Origin: Euryarchaeota archaeon UBA463
GTDB lineage: Archaea; Thermoplasmatota; Poseidoniia; Poseidoniales; Thalassarchaeaceae
Assembly (NCBI GenBank): GCA_002501805.1
Contig: DAOI01000008.1
Coordinates: 31,420-95,419 of the forward strand
Direction of reading: 5' to 3'
Length of the DNA: 64,000 bases
Under the pieces are notes generated by a model. That model saw only the letters and a list, made by a program, of their open reading frames with translations, made no database searches and was not told the origin of the DNA. A program made the position numbers and the translations under genes. How positions within the stretch are numbered: the first letter of the stretch is position 1; the number at the start of each line of letters is the position of its first letter. Of this stretch, positions 36,044 through 44,384 are shown piece after piece.

Positions 36044-36835
36044 TCATAGAATCATAGGAACGTCGTCTTCGTCGTCGGGACCAGGTGCGGGAAGGGCTGT
36101 GGACCGTGCTCTCTCGAAAGCCTCCCTAACCTTCTCCTCAATGTTCTTGGCATCCTCTAGAAGGTCCTGAACGGGAATTTCTAGGTCCATTAGATCGCTT
36201 AGGCCGTCTATCGCGATCAAGGCCGCTCTTGCATCTGGATACATCGGGTTACACTCTGCGAGGAGGGCGGTGATATCCAACCCCCTCCTCTCTCCCTCTG
36301 CAATTAGATACCCAGCGATGCCCGAAACTATTCCATTCTGGATTCTCTTGATGCCTGCATTATCTAAGCTGTCACGCCCACTGGGCCTAGATGAGACTCC
36401 CCACAAATCGCTATCCTCCTTGATTCCGAGATCGTTGCTTATCACTCCGTCCACTACGTATAGCGTGTCGAAGCCCCCTTTGGTAAACCACTCCAGTACT
36501 GTCTCCCCGAAGTACGCATCATTCTCAGGGGGAAATTGAATTTCAGCAGTAAAGACCCCGATTCCGTCTCCCTGGTATACTCTGACGGGATGCTTAGGGA
36601 CCGAGTCATGAATGAGTGCTATGGCAGGGAACTTTGGATGCATTACAGTGCCCATGGGAGAGAGCTCCAGTGATCTGATTAGGTGAGTCGCTGCAATCAC
36701 TCCCACTGAGCCAACAGTTGAAAAGCCGCATACGGCAATTCCACCTAGGCTTGAGGGGTCTGCCTCCGAATGCAAAACTAGTGGATAAGCCGCATTGGTC
36801 TCCTCTGCCATGAATGTCGCTCGAGCTAGGTACAT
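36044..36835 (-). CDS. PAC2-family (proteasome assembly chaperone-like) protein, paralog 1
   Basis: GGIAVCGFSTVGSVGVIAATHLIRSLEL...KFPAIALI...VRVYQ follows the archaeal PAC2/DUF75 pattern, with an acidic C-terminal tail. Confidence 0.65.
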   Translation of the reverse strand: MYLARATFMAEETNAAYPLVLHSEADPSSLGGIAVCGFSTVGSVGVIAATHLIRSLELSPMGTVMHPKFPAIALIHDSVPKHPVRVYQGDGIGVFTAEIQFPPENDAYFGETVLEWFTKGGFDTLYVVDGVISNDLGIKEDSDLWGVSSRPSGRDSLDNAGIKRIQNGIVSGIAGYLIAEGERRGLDITALLAECNPMYPDARAALIAIDGLSDLMDLEIPVQDLLEDAKNIEEKVREAFERARSTALPAPGPDDEDDVPMIL

Positions 36836-36940
36836 TTCAATATCTCGTTCGGAGGATACACAGAAAGTATCTCCTGTATGCCATTGTTAAGGAATTTATA
36901 GAAATAATAACTTCAAATATGTCCCTTCGTAGGGAAGGAT

Positions 36941-37498
36941 ATGAGCGAGGAAGTTTCGGGACCGATCGGGCGCATCTTCATCAGAGTAGGCTCTGAAGAG
37001 ATTGACCTAACAGGCAGTGACTCCGAGGTAGGGGCCTCCCTGACCAGGATACTGAAGACGGATACCTGGCAGTCTGCTCTGTCAAAGATTAGGAAATCGA
37101 GAGATTCGGCCATTGAAATAGCGACAAAGACTGCACTGGAAGCGAGGATACCTGAAAGAGGATCTTCTTTCAGGCACCTTCTGGATACCTGTGGGATTGA
37201 CAAGACGGGCGACATTATCCTGGCGACGATTCACTATCTCAGGTCTGTAGAAAGGGAGGCCAATACCCCCCCACGAGAAATTCGTAGATTGATTTCACAG
37301 ACTGGAAGATGGACAGAGGAGGAAGTGGAGAAGTGGAATCTCTCCCTTTACATTAACAGAATGATAGAGGGGGGTACAACTGGAAGAGGTCGTGGACCCT
37401 TGCTTACTTTTCCCTCTGGGGCCCCCGAGAAGAATCGTTTCGTAATTCTGACTGAAGCTGGTCTTGACTATCTCGAGGACTTGTCAATTGGTGAGTAG
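36941..37498 (+). CDS. Hypothetical protein (185 aa), first gene of a two-gene unit with a pentapeptide-repeat protein
   Basis: I recognised no motif. The stop TAG (37496-37498) lies 1 nt before the ATG of the next gene. Confidence 0.5.
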   Translation: MSEEVSGPIGRIFIRVGSEEIDLTGSDSEVGASLTRILKTDTWQSALSKIRKSRDSAIEIATKTALEARIPERGSSFRHLLDTCGIDKTGDIILATIHYLRSVEREANTPPREIRRLISQTGRWTEEEVEKWNLSLYINRMIEGGTTGRGRGPLLTFPSGAPEKNRFVILTEAGLDYLEDLSIGE

Positions 37499-37499
37499 T

Positions 37500-37892
37500 A
37501 TGTCTGAAGACCGAAAAGATTGGTCATATACTTCTCACATTGGCAAGGATCTGCGTGGTGTGGATCTTTCTGGAGCTGATCTCAGGAGAGCGGTGTTCGA
37601 TAGGGCAGATTTGGAAGGGGCTGACCTATCTGGGGCTGATATGAGAAAGGCATCATTCAAGGGAGCCAATCTCATGAAGGCGGCGTTTGATGAGGCAGAC
37701 ATGCGCGATGCTGTATTCCTCAAAGCAAAGATGAACCTGTCTAATTTCCAAGGATCCAAACTTGATGGGGCCGATTTACGTGGAATCCGGGGCAGATATG
37801 CCATCTGGAGGAATGCTAACTGGTGGGATGCCAGGATGAATGACGATCTAAGGAAGGCACTGACCAAGAAATGGCCAAGAGAAGACGAGTGA
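37500..37892 (+). CDS. Pentapeptide-repeat protein
   Basis: Consecutive A(D/N)LxG-type pentapeptides: DLRGVDLSGADLRRAVFDRADLEGADLSGADMRKASFKGANLMKAAFDEADMRDAVF...GADLRG. I prefer the ATG at 37500 over the track start at 37464. Confidence 0.85.
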   Translation: MSEDRKDWSYTSHIGKDLRGVDLSGADLRRAVFDRADLEGADLSGADMRKASFKGANLMKAAFDEADMRDAVFLKAKMNLSNFQGSKLDGADLRGIRGRYAIWRNANWWDARMNDDLRKALTKKWPREDE

Positions 37893-38309
37893 CTATTGGG
37901 GCATTAGCTTTGAAAGGCCTTCCCGCATCCATCCAGGCACTGGTATCTTGCTCTTTATGTCCTTCATTCTGACACAGACCGTAACCTGTTTGGAAGTCCA
38001 GCAAACCGTATCCTCCTGGTTCCTGAACTCGTATTCCCATGTTATTGACGAAGAGCCTATGTCTGTAACTGAAATCTTGCATTTTACCGTGTCTCCGTAT
38101 GAAAGCGGATGGTGGAACTGGGCCTCACTGTGCACGAGTGGAAAGCCGATTCCATCCTCAGTCAGGATTTCATTATAGTGGCGCCCACAGGAGTACTCCC
38201 ACGACTCCTCATAGAACCTGTGGGCCAAATCCCAGAATCTAGGGTAGTAAACGATTCTCGCCATATCGACCATTGGGAAGTCGACGCGCCTAGAAGATGT
38301 GAATGCCAT
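37893..38309 (-). CDS. Hotdog-fold acyl-CoA thioesterase (4HBT/YbgC-like)
   Basis: 138 aa. The N-terminal region VDFPMVDMARIVYYPRFWDLAHRFYEE and overall size fit the 4-hydroxybenzoyl-CoA thioesterase family. Confidence 0.65.
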   Translation of the reverse strand: MAFTSSRRVDFPMVDMARIVYYPRFWDLAHRFYEESWEYSCGRHYNEILTEDGIGFPLVHSEAQFHHPLSYGDTVKCKISVTDIGSSSITWEYEFRNQEDTVCWTSKQVTVCVRMKDIKSKIPVPGWMREGLSKLMPQ

Positions 38310-38377
38310 AATGAAATGAGGTGCGGGGGTAACAAATGTAATTTACCGTGGGGATTAGCATCGTCCGGAGGTAGAAT

Positions 38378-38551
38378 ATGACTGGACAAATGACTAAGAT
38401 AGGTTTGGCGGCGAGTGCTATTTCGATAATTGCATCGATTTACATTTATTTCTCCCACGATGGCGGTGATCCCATGCTAGGGATTTTCGTTGGACTTTGG
38501 GCGCCAACACTAATTCTGTATGCACAAGAATTAGACAAGATGAATGAGTGA
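38378..38551 (+). CDS. Small (57 aa) two-helix membrane protein, below the ORF-track cutoff
   Basis: The ATG at 38378 is preceded by ggaggt 7 nt upstream. Translation: MTGQMTKIGLAASAISIIASIYIYFSHDGGDPMLGIFVGLWAPTLILYAQELDKMNE, with two hydrophobic helices. TGA at 38549-38551. Confidence 0.4.
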   Translation: MTGQMTKIGLAASAISIIASIYIYFSHDGGDPMLGIFVGLWAPTLILYAQELDKMNE

Positions 38552-38552
38552 A

Positions 38553-38629
38553 TGGCGGACCCACCGCGATTCGAACACGGGTTACAAGCTCCGCAAGCTC
38601 ATGTGATATCCAGGCTACACTATGGGTCC
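38553..38629 (-). tRNA. tRNA-Arg (anticodon GCG), CCA encoded
   Basis: Manual cloverleaf: acceptor GGACCCA/TGGGTCC, anticodon stem TGAGC/GCTTG with loop TTGCGGA, T-arm CCGTG-TTCGAAT-CGCGG, discriminator G, then CCA. 77 nt. Confidence 0.8.
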
Positions 38630-38686
38630 AGCGAGTTTTCGACCAGTGACTCGTGTTTAATCCCGACGGTTTAGTATCGCCTACTT

Positions 38687-40078
38687 CTATTCTGTACTTC
38701 TTTTAGATTCTTCCCAATATGAGGATTTTTTAGCGATAGTCCAACTTTTTGGTATATCAAAATCCTCCTTCAAGATATCTTTCAGCGAACGTTTTCCCTT
38801 GTTGTCTTCTTCGTGGGACAAGATTGCGTCTTTGAGTAAAGGGTATGATGATTCATCCTGCCAATTTTCATGGATCCAGTAATCTAGGTCAAACTTCTCG
38901 AAATTGGAGATTAACTTCTCCTTTGCATGGGTATTGGTCCTCGCTATCCTGTCCAGTTCAGCATCGATCTGCTCGTTGGCTTTCTTGGTTGCTCTCTCTC
39001 TAGGACTCTGAATTAATTTGTCAGAGTCAATTACTAAATCGGGTACGATATTTCTCTGGGCTTCCGGTTTGTCATTAATCCAGTAGTGGATAAGTGGAGG
39101 GTCGCTTCCATCTGGCTTCTCTGATATCAGCAGGAATTCTGAGCATTTGTCGATCAGATAATGATTAGGCTTGATTCCATACTGCTTGAGGTTGAACTTT
39201 GGATCCACATTGATTAGTCTCTCATACATAGTAGTGAATGTTACTGTTTGGGATCTCTTTCTTTGACTTAGAAGTCCTTTTGAGAACTCCTCGGGTGTGA
39301 ATTTTATCATTGGCCTCTCGGAGGATTCGTTCTGAGATCTATTAGTCACGATCGGTATTTCTTCAATAGATTTGAGGCTCGATGAAATTTTTTTCTTTGG
39401 TTTACTTCTGAATATACTCTTGATGAATCTGAGGACTCTTCTCCGCCTGGTATTCTCAAGTTCCTCTACTCTCTCTTCTAATCTAGCTATTCTGTTCAGG
39501 AGAATAGACATCTCATCTGGTTTTTCCTCCAGAGATGAGAAGTTTTCAAGAGAAAGCCATATTTCTTGTATTTCCTCGTCCTGTTCCTTCTCAGGCAGAA
39601 GAACCGATGAAATTGACCATTCGACAAACCTCTTTACCTGATTGATGGCCTTGAGGGGGATCTCTCCAGATTCCGGTATGGTCCGTTGGGACTTGGGGCC
39701 GATAACATGGCCTATGAACGACGTCATCACAGAGTTTCGTCGGGCATTGCAATGATAGCACATGGCTACCATGAGATTCTCATATGTGTTATTCCCGCCT
39801 AGAGAAAATGGAAACAGATGCTCCACAGTAAATGACGATGCAGATGGATTGTAGTTTTTGGTAGAAGTACTGCTCTTAGTGATAATCCTATCACAAGTAA
39901 GACATTTTTCCCCTATCTGTCTGGACAGTCTTGTTCTCAGACTCTTCTTTAGTTGTTGCCTCTTGATTGGGGGTTTTCTTGATTGGATAAAGGTGACTGA
40001 AGCTTCTTGACAGTGAGAGATTATCTCTTGAATCTCGGTCTTGGTGAGTATCAAGGCTATCCGTCCTGCCCGCGACAA
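38687..40078 (-). CDS. HNH endonuclease-domain protein with coiled-coil and a large uncharacterised C-terminal region
   Basis: CLTCD...VEHLFPFSLGGNNTYENLMVAMCYHCNARRN is an HNH (beta-beta-alpha-Me) motif with flanking Cys pairs. A coiled coil (LLNRIARLEERVEELENTRRRR) is followed by ~230 aa, K/E-rich, with no motif I recognise. The gene is markedly AT-rich. Confidence 0.75.
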   Translation of the reverse strand: MSRAGRIALILTKTEIQEIISHCQEASVTFIQSRKPPIKRQQLKKSLRTRLSRQIGEKCLTCDRIITKSSTSTKNYNPSASSFTVEHLFPFSLGGNNTYENLMVAMCYHCNARRNSVMTSFIGHVIGPKSQRTIPESGEIPLKAINQVKRFVEWSISSVLLPEKEQDEEIQEIWLSLENFSSLEEKPDEMSILLNRIARLEERVEELENTRRRRVLRFIKSIFRSKPKKKISSSLKSIEEIPIVTNRSQNESSERPMIKFTPEEFSKGLLSQRKRSQTVTFTTMYERLINVDPKFNLKQYGIKPNHYLIDKCSEFLLISEKPDGSDPPLIHYWINDKPEAQRNIVPDLVIDSDKLIQSPRERATKKANEQIDAELDRIARTNTHAKEKLISNFEKFDLDYWIHENWQDESSYPLLKDAILSHEEDNKGKRSLKDILKEDFDIPKSWTIAKKSSYWEESKRSTE

Positions 40079-40126
40079 TCGTCACAGGGAGTCTTTGAGA
40101 TGCCTGAGAGTAATTAATCATCTCGA

Positions 40127-40474
40127 TTAAAGCGGCAGAATGGTCTTCCACCTTGGTTCTGCTAGCTTCTTCGCGTTTGGCCCGTCTCTAACGTTCTTGG
40201 TCTTGTTAGTTAGGACCCCATGCATTCCCTCAACAGAGAACTTGACTCTCAACTCCACCATTCTGTCCCTCTCTGCTACCGTAACTTGCTCGTCATCCAG
40301 ATCTACGGTGGCTGAGGCCGTCTGCTCATTGCCATTGAATAGGCTCATGGTGACCCCTTCCAGAGATGCCCGAGGGGAGAAGTCATAGTCCTCGGGATTG
40401 TTCATCCAGACGCTGACGTCGACTACCAGCTTCTCTCTGACGGACAGCTTGGTTATCTCCATCGACTTGACCAT
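40127..40474 (-). CDS. Hypothetical protein (115 aa)
   Basis: An intact ORF with genome-like composition, 48 nt upstream of the HNH gene on the same strand. No recognisable motif. Confidence 0.45.
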   Translation of the reverse strand: MVKSMEITKLSVREKLVVDVSVWMNNPEDYDFSPRASLEGVTMSLFNGNEQTASATVDLDDEQVTVAERDRMVELRVKFSVEGMHGVLTNKTKNVRDGPNAKKLAEPRWKTILPL

Positions 40475-40525
40475 GCCTAACGCAGGCGAGAGGAGTTCAA
40501 AGCACTTCGCACAGGGATAGTAGTC

Positions 40526-41701
40526 TCACAGACCTACTTCGCTGATTCTGAGAACCATGACAACCACTGTCACTGTAAGGTCCCAATCATTGCCCTGGTC
40601 CGGATCTACTCCATCCACAGGCAGGTCCGGGTCGCACTGGTCTGCCGTAATTATCCAAGTCCATGTTCCTTGGCCGAATCTCTCTCCAGCTTGGTTCAAT
40701 AGCTGTTGTTCGAGGGATTCCTTGGAGTCGGCGGAGAGGGTGTATCCACTATCTGGGTAGGAGTTCATCTCGCCTCTGTCTATGGAAGCGCTGGAGTTCT
40801 CAGTTATGTTGTCCTGTGATGTGGATGCGAAAGTACTCCATCCGGACTCCATATCGAGGGAGAAGGTGAAGTTGTCCTCTGGGAGCATGATAGGTATCAG
40901 TTCCCGTGAAAGTGTGAGAGTTGAGTTTAGTTGGATTACTCTTCCCCCCAAACCGGGCTCATGCTCGTATACTACTGATTCGCCCTGCTCTAGGTATCCG
41001 TTCCAGTTTGCTTCGACTATCTGTTCCTCCCAAACGATGTTGAAGACTCTCGAGACGACCATTAGGTTCCAACTGGTTGTCGATACTGCCCCCTTGTCAT
41101 CAACCACTGTTACTGACCCTGTTCTATTTCCCGCTTGGTCTATCATCAGTTCGGCGATTCTGAGCGTTGAGTCGGCGTCATTGGCGGGATCACCGTCATT
41201 GTTGGAGTCGGAGAATATATTGAAATCCCACATAACCTCAATCCCCGCTCCCTCCGGATCGAATGATTCGCTGGCATCCAAGGTGGCCGTCTCGCCGGAT
41301 TTGATGAACGTGGGCATTTCGAGGACGATTGTAGGTGGTGCGTTGACAAATATAGAGATGGAGTCTCTATCGATCTCTCCATCATCGTTCAGTACGGTCA
41401 CCTCCACATCATGATAGCCTGAGCTCATGAATGTATAGCTGGTAATTCCCTGTTTTGTGGTTTTTGAGCCCCCGTCTCCGAAGTCCCACTGGAACTCATC
41501 AATGATGGTTGGGCTTGGCGTGGTGGACTCCCTAGCATCGAAATTGACTGTCTCACCTAGATTTATCTCGGTCTGGTCTGCTGATATTTTTGCATTGGGA
41601 ACGTTACTACCGAGACCCGTGCAACCAGACAGAGAAACCATCACTAGTGATGCTACAATCAGAAATGTCGGATACTTGGTATTACGTATCATGATGCTCA
41701 T
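40526..41701 (-). CDS. Surface lipoprotein with two PKD-like domains
   Basis: Likely start MSIMIRNTK at 41701 (the track start is 41788). Signal plus lipobox VMVSLSGCTG. PKD signatures: VNFDARESTTPSP..IDEFQWDFGDGG and ATLDASESFDPEG..IEVMWDF. Confidence 0.75.
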   Translation of the reverse strand: MSIMIRNTKYPTFLIVASLVMVSLSGCTGLGSNVPNAKISADQTEINLGETVNFDARESTTPSPTIIDEFQWDFGDGGSKTTKQGITSYTFMSSGYHDVEVTVLNDDGEIDRDSISIFVNAPPTIVLEMPTFIKSGETATLDASESFDPEGAGIEVMWDFNIFSDSNNDGDPANDADSTLRIAELMIDQAGNRTGSVTVVDDKGAVSTTSWNLMVVSRVFNIVWEEQIVEANWNGYLEQGESVVYEHEPGLGGRVIQLNSTLTLSRELIPIMLPEDNFTFSLDMESGWSTFASTSQDNITENSSASIDRGEMNSYPDSGYTLSADSKESLEQQLLNQAGERFGQGTWTWIITADQCDPDLPVDGVDPDQGNDWDLTVTVVVMVLRISEVGL

Positions 41702-41790
41702 GCAACGTTTCACAATATATGGCTGTTGGATTTGTGAACTCACTTCTGTTGATTGCGATAGTTCATGGACATCGCCGTCCAGGGCCATTC

Positions 41791-42363
41791 ATGTCTCAGC
41801 CGTTTGATGGTATGAAGGTCATCGGTTTTGACTTGGAAACAACTGGCTTTGATTGTAGATCAGAGAGGATCGTAGAGTATGCGATGGTGGGTAGCGATTC
41901 TGATGGCAAGCATATCAGCCTATGCTCCCTAGTAGACCCCGAGCAGAAAATCCCTGAGCAGGCGAGCAGTGTCCATGGAATCACAAACTCAGATGTGAAG
42001 GGGATGGGTAACTTCTCCGATCACTCAGAGAAGATATCGGAGATGATGGAGGGTGCAGTCATTGTTGGTCACAATGTCGTAGGATTCGACTGGGGATTCA
42101 TCAAGATGGAGTGTCTTAGAGCAGGGATAGAGCCCCCTCGGATAAGGGGTTTCGTTGATACTCTGAAAATAGCTAGGAGGCTCAGAGTTCCCGGTAGGCA
42201 TCGCCTGGGTGATCTATGTGATAGATACGGGATTGATCTGGAACGAGCTCACAGGGCCGATGCTGATGCCAGTGCCTCGCTACTTCTACTTTGGAATCTG
42301 ATGAAAGAGTATCCCGATAGCTTCCGAGGACCTGTCCAGGATCTTATCGAGGCTCTAGATTAG
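41791..42363 (+). CDS. DEDDh 3'-5' exonuclease (DnaQ/epsilon-like)
   Basis: ExoI VIGFDLETTG, ExoII VGHNVVGFDWGFI, ExoIII HRADADASA. The track start at 41719 overlaps the divergent PKD ORF. Met at 41791 or 41812 is more plausible. Confidence 0.85.
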   Translation: MSQPFDGMKVIGFDLETTGFDCRSERIVEYAMVGSDSDGKHISLCSLVDPEQKIPEQASSVHGITNSDVKGMGNFSDHSEKISEMMEGAVIVGHNVVGFDWGFIKMECLRAGIEPPRIRGFVDTLKIARRLRVPGRHRLGDLCDRYGIDLERAHRADADASASLLLLWNLMKEYPDSFRGPVQDLIEALD

Positions 42364-43506
42364 GGATTTATTCAAGGGAGACCAAGGTAGTATCTCAGAC
42401 CAGTCCCCGAGATGCATTATCTTGCCGTCTGCCTTCGCACTTCCGAGGTAAACGGGACCCTGATACCCTGAGTCTACCAGCTCTCTCATCTGAGAGAGAG
42501 CTTGGTCCCTTAGTAGTGCACCGAATTTGTTCTCTGATCTACCCACATCTCCGGTATCGCCGACTGGAGGGGCTCTCTCAAACAGAGTAGCTCCTGAGTC
42601 ACTGTCAAATCGAATAATATTCACTACTTCATCCCTGAAAATACCTCCTGGAGGAAGCATTCCATCCCTACGGGCCACCCACCAAGTTGGACACCATGCT
42701 TTCCACTCACAGAATCCGCATGCGGTTGGGTCGGGGGTTCCTTCGAATGGCGTCTCACTGTGCCTCATCCCTTCCCATGCTACGAATGCGTCTTCCAGCA
42801 CCGATGGCCCCTCGGCTCTGTGGATTGTCTGATTGGAGGAGTACCATCCTTCTGCATGAAGGGGAGGGTGATCTGGATTGTTCTCCTTCAGGAGATCCCT
42901 GTAGAAGCGGAGTTGCCTGCTAACCTTCTCGTTCAGGCTAACCTTTGGGGGCCTCCCGGTTTTCAAATCGGCGACAATCCATCCTATCGATTTGCCATTT
43001 TCGTCAATATCTGCAACTAGTAGATCTAGTCTACCCATCAACCTACCACACTCTGATACAAGAGTGCCTTCGTTAGCTAGGACGATTGACTGTACTTGTT
43101 TCCACATTCCTATCGTCACCTCCGAAAGAGCAACTTTCTCTATTCCTGATTTTGAGAACAGTATATTCAATGCGCCGACGAGTCCGTCATGAGCTTTCGT
43201 AATCATCTCGTCTTTCCACCGGGGATGTCTAGGAGTCTCCATGAAAATTTCTTTTTCGATCTGCCAGTGCCTATCTAGAATCGCTTTTGCAGTGGGTGGG
43301 AGCCATTCGACTTCATCTGAGTCCCTGTCCTCGATATCCAGATTGCATAGGTCCTCGACAGAATTGTGGACTGCTGTTCCCATGGATGCTGGCATACTGG
43401 CCTTTCGGGGGAGCCTCTGTCTGGAAAGCCAGTATTTCCGAGGGCAGTCCTCGTATCTACTCCAAGAGGATGGTGACAGTTGGTGGGCTACAAATCCTTC
43501 ATCCAT
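42355..43506 (-). CDS. Stand-alone Cas4/RecB-family PD-(D/E)XK nuclease with 4-Cys motif and extra C-terminal domain
   Basis: CPRKYW...GRLDLLVAD...IVADLKTGRPP...RQLRFYRDLL...CGFCEWKAWC, followed by ~110 aa of unknown fold. No cas genes or CRISPR array in the window. Confidence 0.8.
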   Translation of the reverse strand: MDEGFVAHQLSPSSWSRYEDCPRKYWLSRQRLPRKASMPASMGTAVHNSVEDLCNLDIEDRDSDEVEWLPPTAKAILDRHWQIEKEIFMETPRHPRWKDEMITKAHDGLVGALNILFSKSGIEKVALSEVTIGMWKQVQSIVLANEGTLVSECGRLMGRLDLLVADIDENGKSIGWIVADLKTGRPPKVSLNEKVSRQLRFYRDLLKENNPDHPPLHAEGWYSSNQTIHRAEGPSVLEDAFVAWEGMRHSETPFEGTPDPTACGFCEWKAWCPTWWVARRDGMLPPGGIFRDEVVNIIRFDSDSGATLFERAPPVGDTGDVGRSENKFGALLRDQALSQMRELVDSGYQGPVYLGSAKADGKIMHLGDWSEILPWSPLNKSLI

Positions 43507-43580
43507 GTCATGCCCCCGTGTGTTTCACCTATGACACCGTACGGGCTAACTGTTAGAAGCACTTGCATTAATCGGGAGCC

Positions 43581-44384
43581 ATGAGTGAGAGGCCCGTGAT
43601 AGATATCGAGGATGGTTCGGAGTTCGATGAGGCCTTGGTGATCAGTTGTTTTCCGTCAGAGGGTTTTGTGAGTAGCATTGTGGCACATTTTCTTGTGGAC
43701 AAGCTTGGATTAGAGCTCGTAGGAGGAATTCGCCACTCGGGACTACCTCCGGTTTGTCTGGTGCAGGAAGGTAGTCCCCTTCCTCCCATTAGGCTCTACA
43801 GCGGAGTCCCTATTTGTAACGTGGATAAGTGCGATAAGGTGGTACTAATCGCCTCAGAGATTCAAATATCTCCAGAATTGAAGTTACCGATTGCAAGTGA
43901 GATTCTAGACTGGATGTCGGAATCTGGTGCTGGAATGTCAATAATGATCGATTCTTACGCGCATGGAGAGGGTCAAAAGCACTCTATATTCGATGAGGAT
44001 AAGAGCCCAGATACTGTGGTAGGTATCGGTTCGAATGAGAAGTCTAGAGAGATGCTCAAAGAAATTGGTGCTACCCTCCTAAAGCAAGGTGTTGTTGGGG
44101 GTATGACGGGGGTCATGCTTGGTGAGAGTCGCAGAAGGAAGATGGATTCATTGGCTGTAATTGCAGAGTCGGGAGGAGAGTTCAGCGGAGGGGGGGTCCC
44201 CGATGCGCGGGCCGCAGCTCGTATCATCGAGTGCCTAGATGGTCTGCTTCCAGCGGTGAAGCTTGATCCAGAACCGCTGTTAGAAGAAGCACAGAGGATT
44301 GAGGGTCAAATAAGGGAGATGATGGCCTTGCACCTGAACTCTGAGTCTGATGTGGTTAGTGCCCCTAGTACGATGTATGGTTAA
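43581..44384 (+). CDS. PAC2-family (proteasome assembly chaperone-like) protein, paralog 2
   Basis: LVISCFPSEGFVSSIVAHFLVDKLGLELVGGI...LPPVCLV...IRLY follows the same pattern as the 36044-36835 product. Confidence 0.65.
   Translation: MSERPVIDIEDGSEFDEALVISCFPSEGFVSSIVAHFLVDKLGLELVGGIRHSGLPPVCLVQEGSPLPPIRLYSGVPICNVDKCDKVVLIASEIQISPELKLPIASEILDWMSESGAGMSIMIDSYAHGEGQKHSIFDEDKSPDTVVGIGSNEKSREMLKEIGATLLKQGVVGGMTGVMLGESRRRKMDSLAVIAESGGEFSGGGVPDARAAARIIECLDGLLPAVKLDPEPLLEEAQRIEGQIREMMALHLNSESDVVSAPSTMYG

Noticed and set aside
38553-40130. A tRNA-Arg-linked integrative element containing the HNH gene.
   Set aside because: There is no integrase, and I saw no direct repeat of the tRNA 3' end. The islet also lies on the 5' side of the tRNA rather than the usual 3' attachment side. 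I keep it as a compositional anomaly, not as a mobile element call.
40782-41414. A 210-aa ORF antisense to the PKD lipoprotein gene.
   Set aside because: The opposite-strand gene has clear PKD signatures. This frame is S/T/L-rich with no motifs.
41702-41790. Mutual overlap of the track ORFs 40526..41788 (-) and 41719..42363 (+).
   Set aside because: Both N-terminal extensions lack family-typical sequence. Internal Met codons (41701/41692 and 41791/41812) give a signal peptide and a canonical ExoI start respectively, which leaves a normal divergent spacer.
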